Below are positions 8,617 through 17,848 of a stretch of 64,000 bases of DNA, piece after piece. A program made the position numbers and the translations under genes. How positions within the stretch are numbered: position 1 is the first letter of the stretch; each line of letters opens with the position of its first letter. The DNA comes from Nitrosopumilus sp. (GTDB lineage: Archaea > Thermoproteota > Nitrososphaeria > Nitrososphaerales > Nitrosopumilaceae), in NCBI GenBank assembly GCA_965238275.1, contig OZ250186.1, positions 421,982 through 485,981 of the forward strand, given 5' to 3'. The notes under the pieces are model-generated. The model searched no databases. It was not told the origin of the DNA and saw only the letters and a list, made by a program, of their open reading frames with translations.

Positions 8617-8719
8617 GATCTAGTTTAAAAGGCATTGTTTAGTTTCATGGCCCGCTCATCCAGACTCTCTTCGTGAGGGGTTAACAGTTTTTTGGACTAT
8701 ACAGGAATCCCTCATTACC

Positions 8720-9932
8720 GGGTGTGTCCTAGAGACATATACCCCCGGATGACAAAAGATATGGATCGGCAGATCACGGCATCGCCTAATGACTACAAAG
8801 AAACGCGATCAACGACAATACGATTTGGTTCAGCAGTACCTGTCTGGTCTCATGCTGAATACCGTGCTGGGAATAATCAAGGAGCTTGGGAATCCGTACG
8901 CCGTCAGGCCCGGCCTGGGCGGCATGACTGCATATCCGCCTGGCGCCATGGCAGCTGTCTGCATCATGCTTGAGGCACAGCGCACGACCTACCGTAAGAT
9001 GGTCGGCATTCTCCGGAATAACGGCACCATGGCAGCCAAGATGGGCCTGGACCGGATTCCCTCCAAGAGCACGATAGCGCGCGCCTACGGCCTGATCCCG
9101 GAATGGTATCTGGCAGAGGCACACCGGATTGCCATCAGGGAGGTGGAGGCAGGCTCCCTGGCAGCAGACAGCACCGGATACTCGTACCTGCGGTTTGTCA
9201 GGTGGCTTGACGTCAGGACCGACAGTTTTCGCACCAGGAAGGGATGGGTCAAACTGCACGCAATCGTGGATATCCGCACCAGGGTGATAATCGACTGCAT
9301 GGTGACAGACAGCGCGGTGGCAGACATAAACGGGTTGTATGTGATGCTCTGCAGGCTAAGCCGGGGCACCGGCGACTTTTGCCTGGATTCTGCGTATCTG
9401 GCAAGGCTCATGTGCAACATGATATCTGCCATGGGAATGGTGCCCCGCATCAAGCCAAAGTCCAACACCGTACGCAACGCCAAGGGAAGCCAGTCGTGGC
9501 GCGAGATGGTGAGCCTGTACATGGATGATCGGGACAAATTTGATTCGCAGTACCACCAGCGGAGCATCATCGAGGCAGTCTTTGCCGCCCTCAAGAAGAT
9601 GTACGGGGATGGCACCAGATGCCGAAAACACGAGAACCGGGCAAATGAGGTTGCGATCCGCATCATGTGCTACAACGTCGAGCTCGTGGCCAGATTGCAG
9701 GCAAAAGACGGTAGGCTCACACAGGATCAAATCGCGATACTTGCAGCGTAACCGGCGCGTCTTGACACGCGCCTCCTAGCGGAGCCTCCGCACAGCGTCT
9801 TGGATTTGGGGGATTTTATGGGTTGTGGGGGATCGACGGTGCTGCACTGTTGATGCCGACGGGTTCTGGCACCAATCGTGTCTTTGACATCTTGGCACAT
9901 GGGATGGCATTTTTTATTACTAGGACACACCC
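8720..9932 (+). mobile_element. IS4/IS5-superfamily insertion sequence, 1213 bp, 13-bp perfect TIR, 9-bp TSD
   Basis: TIR is GGGTGTGTCCTAG at 8720-8732, with its complement at 9920-9932. Direct repeat CTCATTACC lies at 8711-8719 and 9933-9941. Confidence 0.9.
8789..9751 (+). CDS. DDE transposase (IS4/IS5-like)
   Basis: DDE-type pattern LAADSTGYS, FCLDSAYLA, YHQRSIIEAVFAALKKMYG. Confidence 0.85.
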   Translation: MTTKKRDQRQYDLVQQYLSGLMLNTVLGIIKELGNPYAVRPGLGGMTAYPPGAMAAVCIMLEAQRTTYRKMVGILRNNGTMAAKMGLDRIPSKSTIARAYGLIPEWYLAEAHRIAIREVEAGSLAADSTGYSYLRFVRWLDVRTDSFRTRKGWVKLHAIVDIRTRVIIDCMVTDSAVADINGLYVMLCRLSRGTGDFCLDSAYLARLMCNMISAMGMVPRIKPKSNTVRNAKGSQSWREMVSLYMDDRDKFDSQYHQRSIIEAVFAALKKMYGDGTRCRKHENRANEVAIRIMCYNVELVARLQAKDGRLTQDQIAILAA

Positions 9933-9934
9933 CT

Positions 9935-10015
9935 CATTACCGAGTTCTTTATATGATGCAGTGGAATCCATTACCAAGTTCTTTATATAATGTAGTGGAA
10001 TCCATTACCAAGTTC
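9935..10015. repeat. 34-bp tandem repeat, about 2.4 copies right of the IS plus a related copy left of it
   Basis: CATTACCRAGTTCTTTATATRATGYAGTGGAATC starts at 9935, 9969 and 10003. A related sequence ends at 8719. Confidence 0.85.
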
Positions 10016-10123
10016 ATGTGTTTCTGCCCCAACCGGATTCAGCCTCGGGCTGCATGGGTGACAAAACGGAAACAAAGCAGGGCGATAATGGATCGGATAC
10101 TTGTAATCGCTTGTTCCCCACGC

Positions 10124-10277
10124 TACTCATCCGTATCTTGTATTCCCTGTTGCAGCCTTTCGGACGCATTTTTGTTTTTCTTGTTTCTGCCCTGCATTAC
10201 TCATCCGTATCTTGTATTCCCTGTTGCAGCCTTTCGGACGCATTCTTTTTTTTGTTTTCCTTGTTTCTGCCCTGCAT
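10124..10277. repeat. tandem direct repeat, 74 and 80 bp units, T-rich tails
   Basis: TACTCATCCGTATCTTGTATTCCCTGTTGCAGCCTTTCGGACGCAT...TTGTTTCTGCCCTGCAT occurs twice back to back, starting at 10124 and 10198. Confidence 0.85.
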
Positions 10278-10540
10278 TTTTTTTATTGGAATTCATTAGT
10301 TATGGACGGGATTAGTGATCTAAAACGTTTCACTAATGATCTTTAAGACGAATGGTGTTTTTGACAAAAATACGGGAAATGCCATAAATGGTTAAAAGAA
10401 TTTAAACAGAAATTGCGTAAAATCAGGCCATAGTAACAACAAGTGATGAAGGGATTTGAACAAGCCAACAAACATTAAAAAAAGAAGCGATAATTATTGG
10501 GCGGAATTACGTGTCAAGTACGAAGATGGGAAACAACATT

Positions 10541-12024
10541 AGAAGCCATGCGTAATCCCTCCATTTCGTTGGGTTAAACCAGAAAAACCCAGAAAATATT
10601 AAAAATTCTGATTTAATTCCCGTCATGTCAAGCGTGTGGAAACCCGTCCTGCCAGAAATACAAAATAACGTGCGCAACCTTGCAGCACCACGATGTGCAC
10701 GGAATTAATTGTTTGAAACGGCGCTGCCGGGGACGTTTGCCTCTTCCCAGTTTATTACCGGCCCCAGCGTGCTACCTGAAGGAGGTCCTTTCTTCATCTG
10801 GTTCCACAGGAGGTCCAGGTTTACGAGTCCGGTTATTATGTTAAATTCCCTGTTAAAGTCGCCAATCTTTCCTTTGTATGGCGCGGTAAGCCGGCCGTAC
10901 CGCTTCAGCCTGCCGATGGAGTGCTCCACCTTTACCCTGGCCGAGTTGACGGCGTGGTTGTGCTCCTTTTCCTCCTTTGTAAAGCGCTTGTGGTTCTTGG
11001 TCTTCTTGTGCGGCTGCAGGGTGTTTGTGCCGGGCAGATCCTTTGCGATTCCCTTGTAGCCGCGGTCAGTAAGGGTGTGGATCCTGTCCTCTTCGGGGGT
11101 GTCCTCGTCGCACATCCTGTCCCACCATCTTCCAAATGGCAGCGGGCTCTCCCTGAGCAGCGTGATGTCGTGGACGGATCCCACGGTGCTGCCGGATATG
11201 GCGACTATCACCCCGTTTTCATTTATGCACACGGTGGTGTTGAGCGTGAATTTCTTCTTCTTGCCAGAATACATCATGCTCCTCATCTGTTTTTCGTCTG
11301 GCCGCTGCAGCGGACAGTGCGTGCCGTCGATCATCATGATGCCCCCGTCAGGCCCGGAAATTATTTTTTTGAGATCCTCTTTTGTCTCCGTGCCTGCTAT
11401 CTCCTTTGAGATGTTGGTAGCGGTGGGCAGCACCGCCTCAAGCACCTCGTCTAGCACATCGATATACCGGGACACGGTCGCCTGGTCTATTCCAAAGAAT
11501 GCCGCAAGCACGCCCTGCGTGGGGTTGCCCTTTTTGTACATCAGCGCCATGAGCAGCGCGTGCCTTGGGTACAGCTTGCAGCGGTTCCCGGGATCCGACG
11601 CCCTCGTCTCGTCACTCCTGAAGAGCGGGGATTTGCCGCTTTGCCTTATCCACGCCTCGGCCCTGTCAAGCATGTATTGGAACTGTTCCCTGCACTTCAG
11701 CGTCGCGTCATGAAGATTTTTCCCGACTCTGATGATCTCATCAAGGACCTCCACGCGATGCAGCAGGGCGGGCTCTCCTGCGGCTCCGGACTCGGAGCCG
11801 TCCCGTGTGCGCCACAGGCTTTGCTCGTGCCTGGCAGCTGCGTCCTGGCGCTTGATCATGTCTCTGAGAGCCTTGTTCTCTTTTTGCAGGTCACTTGTTT
11901 TCTGATTCGACAACAGTATGAACCGGCATATTTTGGTTTTAATTGAATGGATCATAAATTTTTGACAGCAGGGCTAACATGTCAACGCGGAGTTTGAAAA
12001 AGTTCTGGATTACGCATATTTTCT
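10541..12024 (-). mobile_element. IS5/Harbinger-like (DDE_Tnp_4) insertion sequence, 1484 bp, 18-bp TIR, 3-bp TSD
   Basis: TIR is AGAAGCCATGCGTAATCC (10541-10558). Reverse complement of 12007-12024 is AGAAAATATGCGTAATCC. ATT flanks both ends (10538-10540 and 12025-12027); this could equally be read as TTA. Confidence 0.75.
10705..11955 (-). CDS. DDE_Tnp_4-type transposase with N-terminal coiled coil and HTH
   Basis: FGIDQATVSRYI (HTH), MMIDGTHCPLQRP, YSGKKKKFTLNT, SVHDITLL, LTDRGYKG, ARVKVEHSIGRLKRY. Paralog of 51536-52741. Confidence 0.85.
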   Translation of the reverse strand: MIHSIKTKICRFILLSNQKTSDLQKENKALRDMIKRQDAAARHEQSLWRTRDGSESGAAGEPALLHRVEVLDEIIRVGKNLHDATLKCREQFQYMLDRAEAWIRQSGKSPLFRSDETRASDPGNRCKLYPRHALLMALMYKKGNPTQGVLAAFFGIDQATVSRYIDVLDEVLEAVLPTATNISKEIAGTETKEDLKKIISGPDGGIMMIDGTHCPLQRPDEKQMRSMMYSGKKKKFTLNTTVCINENGVIVAISGSTVGSVHDITLLRESPLPFGRWWDRMCDEDTPEEDRIHTLTDRGYKGIAKDLPGTNTLQPHKKTKNHKRFTKEEKEHNHAVNSARVKVEHSIGRLKRYGRLTAPYKGKIGDFNREFNIITGLVNLDLLWNQMKKGPPSGSTLGPVINWEEANVPGSAVSNN

Positions 12025-12612
12025 ATTATGACATACTTGCAGATGAAAGAAACGCAAAACCACACTTGCATATGGGCGTCACATTGACTGGAACGTATAT
12101 GTTCTGCAGGGACAGAGGCATGGTAACAGCGATGGTAAAAGAACAAAATCCAAAATGTATGGTAAAATGCCAGGAGAGAAAATATCCTATAAGAAAAATC
12201 CCGGAAAAATGGACATTGTATTTTCTACGGATATTGAGGGGAGTACACGGAGATCTACTGTTACTATTTTTGAGTTGAAAGAAACAACCCCAGAGATAAT
12301 GATTATTGTTGAAAGAATTCTGGTATTGGGGTGTGCTGGATGGAACCTGCTCCAAAATATCTTCAAGTTCATCAAGCGGCATGGCCCCGTATTCAATCAT
12401 GGTTCTATAGCGACGAGCACGAGTTCGTGTAGTCTGGCCTCCTTCATGATTAGTGGCTACAGGTCGTGGTTTTGTCTGGGGTATGTTTTGTCCAACGGTG
12501 TTCCAATCACGGCAATCGTGGCGGTACAGGTCAGGGAACATTTGGGCATCAACGGATTTTGCACAAATCCCGCGTCTCAAAGTTTAAATGGTTTTCAACA
12601 GCGCTGGTTTCT

Positions 12613-12687
12613 GGGCTCATAGTCCAGGTCGGTTATGACGTCGCCCTTACACGGCGAAGATCCGGGGTTCAAATCCCCGTGGGCCCA
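12613..12687 (+). tRNA. tRNA-Val (anticodon TAC)
   Basis: Hand-folded cloverleaf. Acceptor GGGCTCA/TGGGCCC. Anticodon stem TCGCC/GGCGA with loop CTTACAC. T arm CGGGG-TTCAAAT-CCCCG. Discriminator A. Confidence 0.9.
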
Positions 12688-12753
12688 CATACTTCCTTTT
12701 AATCCGCGCGCACACAAGAGAATCTACAAATTTGATGACGTCCTACGGGATTC

Positions 12754-13773
12754 GTGAGGACCATTGACTTTTTTTCAAGCCCCATCGGACTGGGCCACAT
12801 AACTAGGGACATTGCGATTGCGGCAAACTTCAGGGATATCTCTACAAACTTTGTCACAGGGAGCGGCGCAATCAAGATCCTAGACAGCCTGGGCATCGAA
12901 TCCACAGACGCATACGTTCCCCCTCCGTTTGTGGTGGAAAACGGCACCCTCAGAAACCCGGCAAGATGGCTGTGGAACTACTACAGGTACTACAAGAGAT
13001 GCAAGGACATCTCACACGGCATACTGCTAAGGGACAAACCCGACATGGTAGTCAGCGACGAGGACTTTGCCTCGCTTGCAAACGCCCAGGACATGGGGAT
13101 TCGGACCATACTTGTCACAGACATCCTGGAGACCCGCTTTACAGGCGGCCTGGCCTCAATAGTAGAAAAGAGGATGAACAAGTCGATGCACAGCATCATG
13201 GAAAAGGCAGAGGCAGTCATCGTTCCCGAACACGGAGACGACAGGGACAACATAAGGATGGTCGGCCCGATCGTAAGGCGCATAGACACCCCAAGGGACA
13301 AGCTGCGGAAAAGGTTCGGGTTTGAAAGAAAGACCATACTGGTATCAATCGGCGGAACCGATGCGGGAGTATTTCTGATTGAAAAGGTACTGGAGGTGAT
13401 TCCAAAAATTGATCCCGAACTGGACATCGTCCTGGTGTCCGGTCCCGCAGTCAGCAGAAGGTTCAGGGGGGTCAGGGATCTTGGATGGGTGGACAACCTG
13501 CACGAACTGATTCTTGCCTCAGACGTCCTGATATCGCTTGCAGGAAGGTCCACCATGGACGAGGCCCAATCCTACGGCACCCCGGCCATATTCATTCCCA
13601 TAAAGGGGCACTTTGAGCAGGAGGACAATGCAAAAAGGCATGGATTCTCCTTTGGGGATCTCAAAAGACTGGATGTATTGGTTGCAGAAAAACTCCAAGA
13701 ACGCAGGAATCCGGTTCTGGCCAGCGGTGCAGAGAATGCAGCCAGGATAATACGGCAGGCATTCAAAGATTAA
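12754..13773 (+). CDS. GT-B fold glycosyltransferase (GT1/GT28, MurG-like C-terminal domain)
   Basis: N-terminal SSPIGLGHITRDIAIA. C-terminal LAGRSTMDEAQSYGTPAIFIPIKGHFEQEDNA. Confidence 0.7.
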   Translation: MRTIDFFSSPIGLGHITRDIAIAANFRDISTNFVTGSGAIKILDSLGIESTDAYVPPPFVVENGTLRNPARWLWNYYRYYKRCKDISHGILLRDKPDMVVSDEDFASLANAQDMGIRTILVTDILETRFTGGLASIVEKRMNKSMHSIMEKAEAVIVPEHGDDRDNIRMVGPIVRRIDTPRDKLRKRFGFERKTILVSIGGTDAGVFLIEKVLEVIPKIDPELDIVLVSGPAVSRRFRGVRDLGWVDNLHELILASDVLISLAGRSTMDEAQSYGTPAIFIPIKGHFEQEDNAKRHGFSFGDLKRLDVLVAEKLQERRNPVLASGAENAARIIRQAFKD

Positions 13774-13802
13774 TAGAAGGTACCAAAAGTGCAGAGATTA
13801 CC

Positions 13803-15218
13803 ATGACAAGACTGGTCGTAGTCAAGTTCGGCGGCAGCGCCATTGGTCCGGACGGCGCATCCATACCCCAGATTGTAAGGCGAATCGGCCAGCTGGCAAA
13901 GAACGCCAAGGTGATTGCAGTGTTTTCAGCACCGCTAACCATCCACAACGAAAAGAGGCGCTCCCTTACAGACGTAGTACTGGAGCAGGGCAGAAACGCC
14001 GAGGCAGGAACCGTCCCGTCCCTGAACCTGGCAGAATCCGCCTATCAGAGGATCCTGAACATGGTCAGCGCTGCACACAGGGACGAGTGCAGGGAGGTAA
14101 TCGCCTCACACCTGGCAAAGGCGCAAAAGGCGCTGGATGAGGCCTATGAGAACAAAGGGTTTGCAGACGAGACACGCGCAAGGGCGCTGGCATTCTCAGG
14201 AGAGATCCTGATGTCCCACGTAATGAGATACATCCTGAACAGCAATAACATGCGGGCAGATTCGGTAGGATTTGACGACTGGCCGATAATCACCGATGAC
14301 AACGTAGAGTCGGCCAACTTTGTGGCCTCAGAATCCAGAAAGAGGATGGGCAGGATAACAGAGATGGTAAGGGACAACGCGATAGTTGCCATCGGCGGAT
14401 TCATCGGAAGGACGACAAACGGAATCGTCACCACGTACGAGCGGGGAGGCACTGACAGGACGGCAGTGGACCTTGGAATACTCTTCCACCGCATGTATGA
14501 TACCAGCGTAGATTTTGAAAAGGACAGCGCCGTGGTATCTGCTGACCCGAAGATAGTACGGGAACATCTAAGGGACGTCCCACACATGTCATACAATGAG
14601 GCGCGGCTTGCAGGAATGTTTGGAATGAAGATTCTGGATCCAATCGCGATAAAGGAGATTGTGGAGAACGGTGTGGACATGCCAATGACCATAACGGACA
14701 TGAACCGTCCGGACAGGGCCACCACCATCCAGAGGATGCCGGACACGCAGGGGACAGATCCCATCAAGATAGTGGCCGGAAAGGGAAACTGTGCAATACT
14801 TAGAATCGAGGTCCGCGCCGTTCACAGGCTGCTGGCATCTCTGGGAAACGACAAGCGCTACAGCGAGTTTGTGGTACTCTCGCCGTTCATCAAGGACGAC
14901 ATAGAGTTCTTTAGGATACTGTTCCTTGACGGAGACTATGTCAGGAGGAATGAAAAGTATCTGCTCAACTTTGATCCGCTTGCGGCCATCAGGTATGACA
15001 GGGGCGTGATCACCCTGATCGGCGATGACATGTGGAAGGTGCAGAAGGTTGTCTCAAGGACCAGTTCAAGGATAGGCCAAGAGGGGCTCAACATACTGAA
15101 CATGGACGCCCAGGAGGAGACCTCCCGGATAATCATAGTGATCGAGGATACGGGGGACAGCATCAAAAGGGCAATCATCGGGGTTCACGAAGAGATCACT
15201 GAGATTAATTCGAATTAA
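13803..15218 (+). CDS. aspartate kinase
   Basis: VVKFGGSAIG amino-acid-kinase N-terminus, 471 aa, C-terminal ACT-like region. Confidence 0.8.
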   Translation: MTRLVVVKFGGSAIGPDGASIPQIVRRIGQLAKNAKVIAVFSAPLTIHNEKRRSLTDVVLEQGRNAEAGTVPSLNLAESAYQRILNMVSAAHRDECREVIASHLAKAQKALDEAYENKGFADETRARALAFSGEILMSHVMRYILNSNNMRADSVGFDDWPIITDDNVESANFVASESRKRMGRITEMVRDNAIVAIGGFIGRTTNGIVTTYERGGTDRTAVDLGILFHRMYDTSVDFEKDSAVVSADPKIVREHLRDVPHMSYNEARLAGMFGMKILDPIAIKEIVENGVDMPMTITDMNRPDRATTIQRMPDTQGTDPIKIVAGKGNCAILRIEVRAVHRLLASLGNDKRYSEFVVLSPFIKDDIEFFRILFLDGDYVRRNEKYLLNFDPLAAIRYDRGVITLIGDDMWKVQKVVSRTSSRIGQEGLNILNMDAQEETSRIIIVIEDTGDSIKRAIIGVHEEITEINSN

Positions 15219-15364
15219 GGATAAAGGCGACACGGGTTTTCACCGCGTACGCCAACAAGGGTTTATTCTTGGACCAGTATCATGATTTAGTCCGGCGTTA
15301 CCCTGAACACGCGTTACCATATGTATACGGAATGAGTATTTAGAGTTGATCTATATAGAATGTA

Positions 15365-15568
15365 TTAGACACGCTCAGCGGCATACCACAGGATGATCCC
15401 GACGCCTATAACTGCATACCACTTGAAGTTTCTCCTGTCCGTGAAGATGTTGGGAGAGCCCAGATCGTCTCCTGCGTACGAGATGCGTATCCTTCGCATC
15501 TCAAATGCCTGGCCCACCAGCCCCACCGCAAGAAGGGCGATCGCTGCAAACCCAAGCGTCCACTCCAT
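15365..15568 (-). CDS. hypothetical small 2-TM membrane protein
   Basis: 67-aa ORF with two hydrophobic helices in an otherwise empty gap. Confidence 0.35.
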   Translation of the reverse strand: MEWTLGFAAIALLAVGLVGQAFEMRRIRISYAGDDLGSPNIFTDRRNFKWYAVIGVGIILWYAAERV

Positions 15569-15694
15569 GGGACAGTTTGCGGTGCGTCTGATTTGTACCT
15601 TTCAGGGAATGATAACATCAGATGCCACCAGACACGCACAAAATGCCAATTTGATGACAATTCTTTAAATTGATCATTAGCCATCCAATTTTTC

Positions 15695-16609
15695 ATGGAA
15701 GAAGTTGGCATGATATGGATGAACGGCAACATGGTGCCCTTCAGGGACGCAAAGATCCACGTCCTGACACACGCACTGCACTATTCCACATCGGTGTTTG
15801 AGGGAATCCGGTGCTACGACACGCCTGACGGCTCTGCCATATTCAGGCTGCCTGAACATGTTGACAGGCTCTTCAGGTCTGCCAAGATGTACTCTATGAA
15901 GATGGAGTTTTCCAAGGAGGAGATTACCGATGCCATTATCGACACTGTCAGGGCCAGCGGACTCAGGGAGGCATACATCAGGCCCCTGGCATACTACGGG
16001 TACGGGCAGTTGGGGCTGACCCCCACGCCGAACAAGGTGGACGTGGCAGTTGCATGCTGGGAGTGGAAGATGGGTGAGACTGATGCAGGCAAGTTCTCCG
16101 GGGCAAGATGCAAGATCTCCAGCTGGGCAAAGATCGATTCCAGGTCCCAACCCATGCAGGCAAAGGCCGCCTCAAACTATGCAAATGCCGCACTTGCAAG
16201 GATGGAGGCACTCAACAACGGATACGACGAGGCAGTAATGCTAAACCTGCACGGAAAGGTTGCAGAGTGCAGCGTAGAGAACATCTTTATCGTAAAGGAT
16301 TCCGTCATTGTGACGCCGCCGCTTACTGCAGGAGGGCTAAACGGCATAACAAGGAACAGCCTGTTCCAGATCGCCGAAGGGGACGGCAGGGAGATACAGG
16401 AGAGGGATCTTGACAGGGACGACCTGTATGATGCAGACGAGATATTCATGACAGGTACCGCAGCCGAGGTAAAGTCAGTTACCCAGGTCGACGAGATAAC
16501 GATAGGGAACGGGGAGATTGGGGAGACTACCAAAAGACTGCAGGGACTGTTTACGGATGCCGTAATGGGCAGGAACCAGAAGTTCCGCTCGTGGCTGAGA
16601 TTCGTCTGA
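15695..16609 (+). CDS. ilvE: branched-chain amino acid aminotransferase (class IV)
   Basis: MIWMNGNMVPFRDAKIHVLTHALHYSTSVFEGIRCY and later conserved blocks. Start may be at 15710. Confidence 0.9.
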   Translation: MEEVGMIWMNGNMVPFRDAKIHVLTHALHYSTSVFEGIRCYDTPDGSAIFRLPEHVDRLFRSAKMYSMKMEFSKEEITDAIIDTVRASGLREAYIRPLAYYGYGQLGLTPTPNKVDVAVACWEWKMGETDAGKFSGARCKISSWAKIDSRSQPMQAKAASNYANAALARMEALNNGYDEAVMLNLHGKVAECSVENIFIVKDSVIVTPPLTAGGLNGITRNSLFQIAEGDGREIQERDLDRDDLYDADEIFMTGTAAEVKSVTQVDEITIGNGEIGETTKRLQGLFTDAVMGRNQKFRSWLRFV

Positions 16610-16650
16610 CCGGCGATCTTTTTTATTCAGAGATTCCCACACAGAATATC

Positions 16651-16830
16651 ATGGATTCGTGCACGCCTGGCGACACCGAAAAGATCTGCTGGTTCTGCAG
16701 GAAGGGACGCCATGAGGACTGCATGGGAGAGATTCCGACGCAGGAGAGATCAGACGGGCCGCACGACTGCGCCTTTGGGACCAGCATGGTTCCATGCAAA
16801 TGCAATGTGTGCATGCGGCCTGCGCCATAG
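16651..16830 (+). CDS. hypothetical small Cys-rich (zinc-binding-like) protein
   Basis: MDSCTPGDTEKICWFCRKGRHEDCMGE...CAFGTSMVPCKCNVC, with 9 Cys in 59 aa. Confidence 0.3.
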   Translation: MDSCTPGDTEKICWFCRKGRHEDCMGEIPTQERSDGPHDCAFGTSMVPCKCNVCMRPAP

Positions 16831-16908
16831 AGGGGGGACCCCATACCGTCCTGAAATGGTGTGCCCGTCCTTGGAGGGAGGCAGTCTCCCAATCATGCAA
16901 CACCGTGC

Positions 16909-17754
16909 CTAGCACCCATGCTCCTCTTTCAGATATGAGAACGAGTCGTTGATCTTGGCCATGATTCTGTTTGATCTCTTTTTTTCCGGTGCAGATTTGT
17001 GTATGATTCCCTTTGAGGCGTCATATTTTTTTGCCAGCTCCCTGTATCTTGTCTTGATCTCATGGCATGTGGCATTTTTTGATATGCTGAATATTTCGTG
17101 TGGGGTTTTGGCACGCAGGATTCTGTCAGCCTCGGTCAGCTGCTCTGCGGGCCTTTTTGGGGGCGTAGTCTGCTGCCGCCCCTTCGGCACAGAACCGTAA
17201 TCATTTCCAGGAATACTGCCAAACCGGTTGTGGGAATCACGCAGTGTTCTGGCTACTTCATCCAGGATATCATACGGTATCCCTTCAAAGGTGTCATCAT
17301 CAAAGTATGACTGGGATGTTTCCTTCTTGGCCTTTTGTTCTGTTGCCTGTTCTGTTTTCTGGTCTGCTTTCTGATCTTTTTCCTGTTTGGTTTTCTGGCT
17401 GGTTTTCTGGCTGGTTTTCTGGCTGGTTTTCTGGCTGGTTTTCTGGCTGGTTTTCTGGCTGGTTTTCTGGCTGGTTTTCTGGCTGGTTTTCTGGCTTGCT
17501 TTTTGTTGGGAACCGTACTCTCCCTCATGCAGGTTGTGTCTAATGCCCATTCGATTCATTGCACATCTGGAATCATCACACGGATTGGTCACGGGCGTGT
17601 TCTCAATGATGTGATGTGGCTCATGATATATTCCCTGCCTGTTTAGCGGACATTTTGGATCATCGCAGGTGGACATTATACAGAATTGCCAGAACTCAGA
17701 AATAGGTGTTTTTAGGAGCCATGCAGCAGGCACCATGAGATAGCAGAAGTCCAT
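16909..17754 (-). CDS. J-domain-like protein with (KTSQ)n low-complexity linker and duplicated Cys/His motif
   Basis: C-terminal helix pattern EIFSISKNATCHEIKTRYRELAKKYDASKG...IMAKINDSFSYL. N-terminal repeats CDDPKCPLNRQGIYHEPHH and CDDSRCAMNRMGIRHNLHE. Confidence 0.55.
   Translation of the reverse strand: MDFCYLMVPAAWLLKTPISEFWQFCIMSTCDDPKCPLNRQGIYHEPHHIIENTPVTNPCDDSRCAMNRMGIRHNLHEGEYGSQQKASQKTSQKTSQKTSQKTSQKTSQKTSQKTSQKTSQKTKQEKDQKADQKTEQATEQKAKKETSQSYFDDDTFEGIPYDILDEVARTLRDSHNRFGSIPGNDYGSVPKGRQQTTPPKRPAEQLTEADRILRAKTPHEIFSISKNATCHEIKTRYRELAKKYDASKGIIHKSAPEKKRSNRIMAKINDSFSYLKEEHGC
17389..17496. repeat. perfect 12-bp tandem repeat x9 (GGTTTTCTGGCT), coding
   Basis: Counted directly. Encodes QKTSQKTS... 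on the minus strand within 16909-17754. Confidence 0.95.
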
Positions 17755-17848
17755 TCATGCAGACATGTTACCATGGTATGGCTTCAATGCTGCCTCAGTC
17801 ATCCCTGCAGTCACCTGCCGGATATTCCAAGACAATTAGCATCAAATA

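Noticed and set aside
12026-12622. 184-aa and 155-aa overlapping ORFs between the IS and tRNA-Val
   Set aside because: No recognisable motifs, AT-rich and mutually overlapping. The plus-strand ORF runs into the tRNA. Left unannotated as probable non-coding or decayed sequence.
17389-17496. Regular short repeats that could look like a CRISPR array
   Set aside because: The units are 12 bp and contiguous with no spacers. They lie inside an ORF and encode (KTSQ)n, so this is a coding microsatellite.
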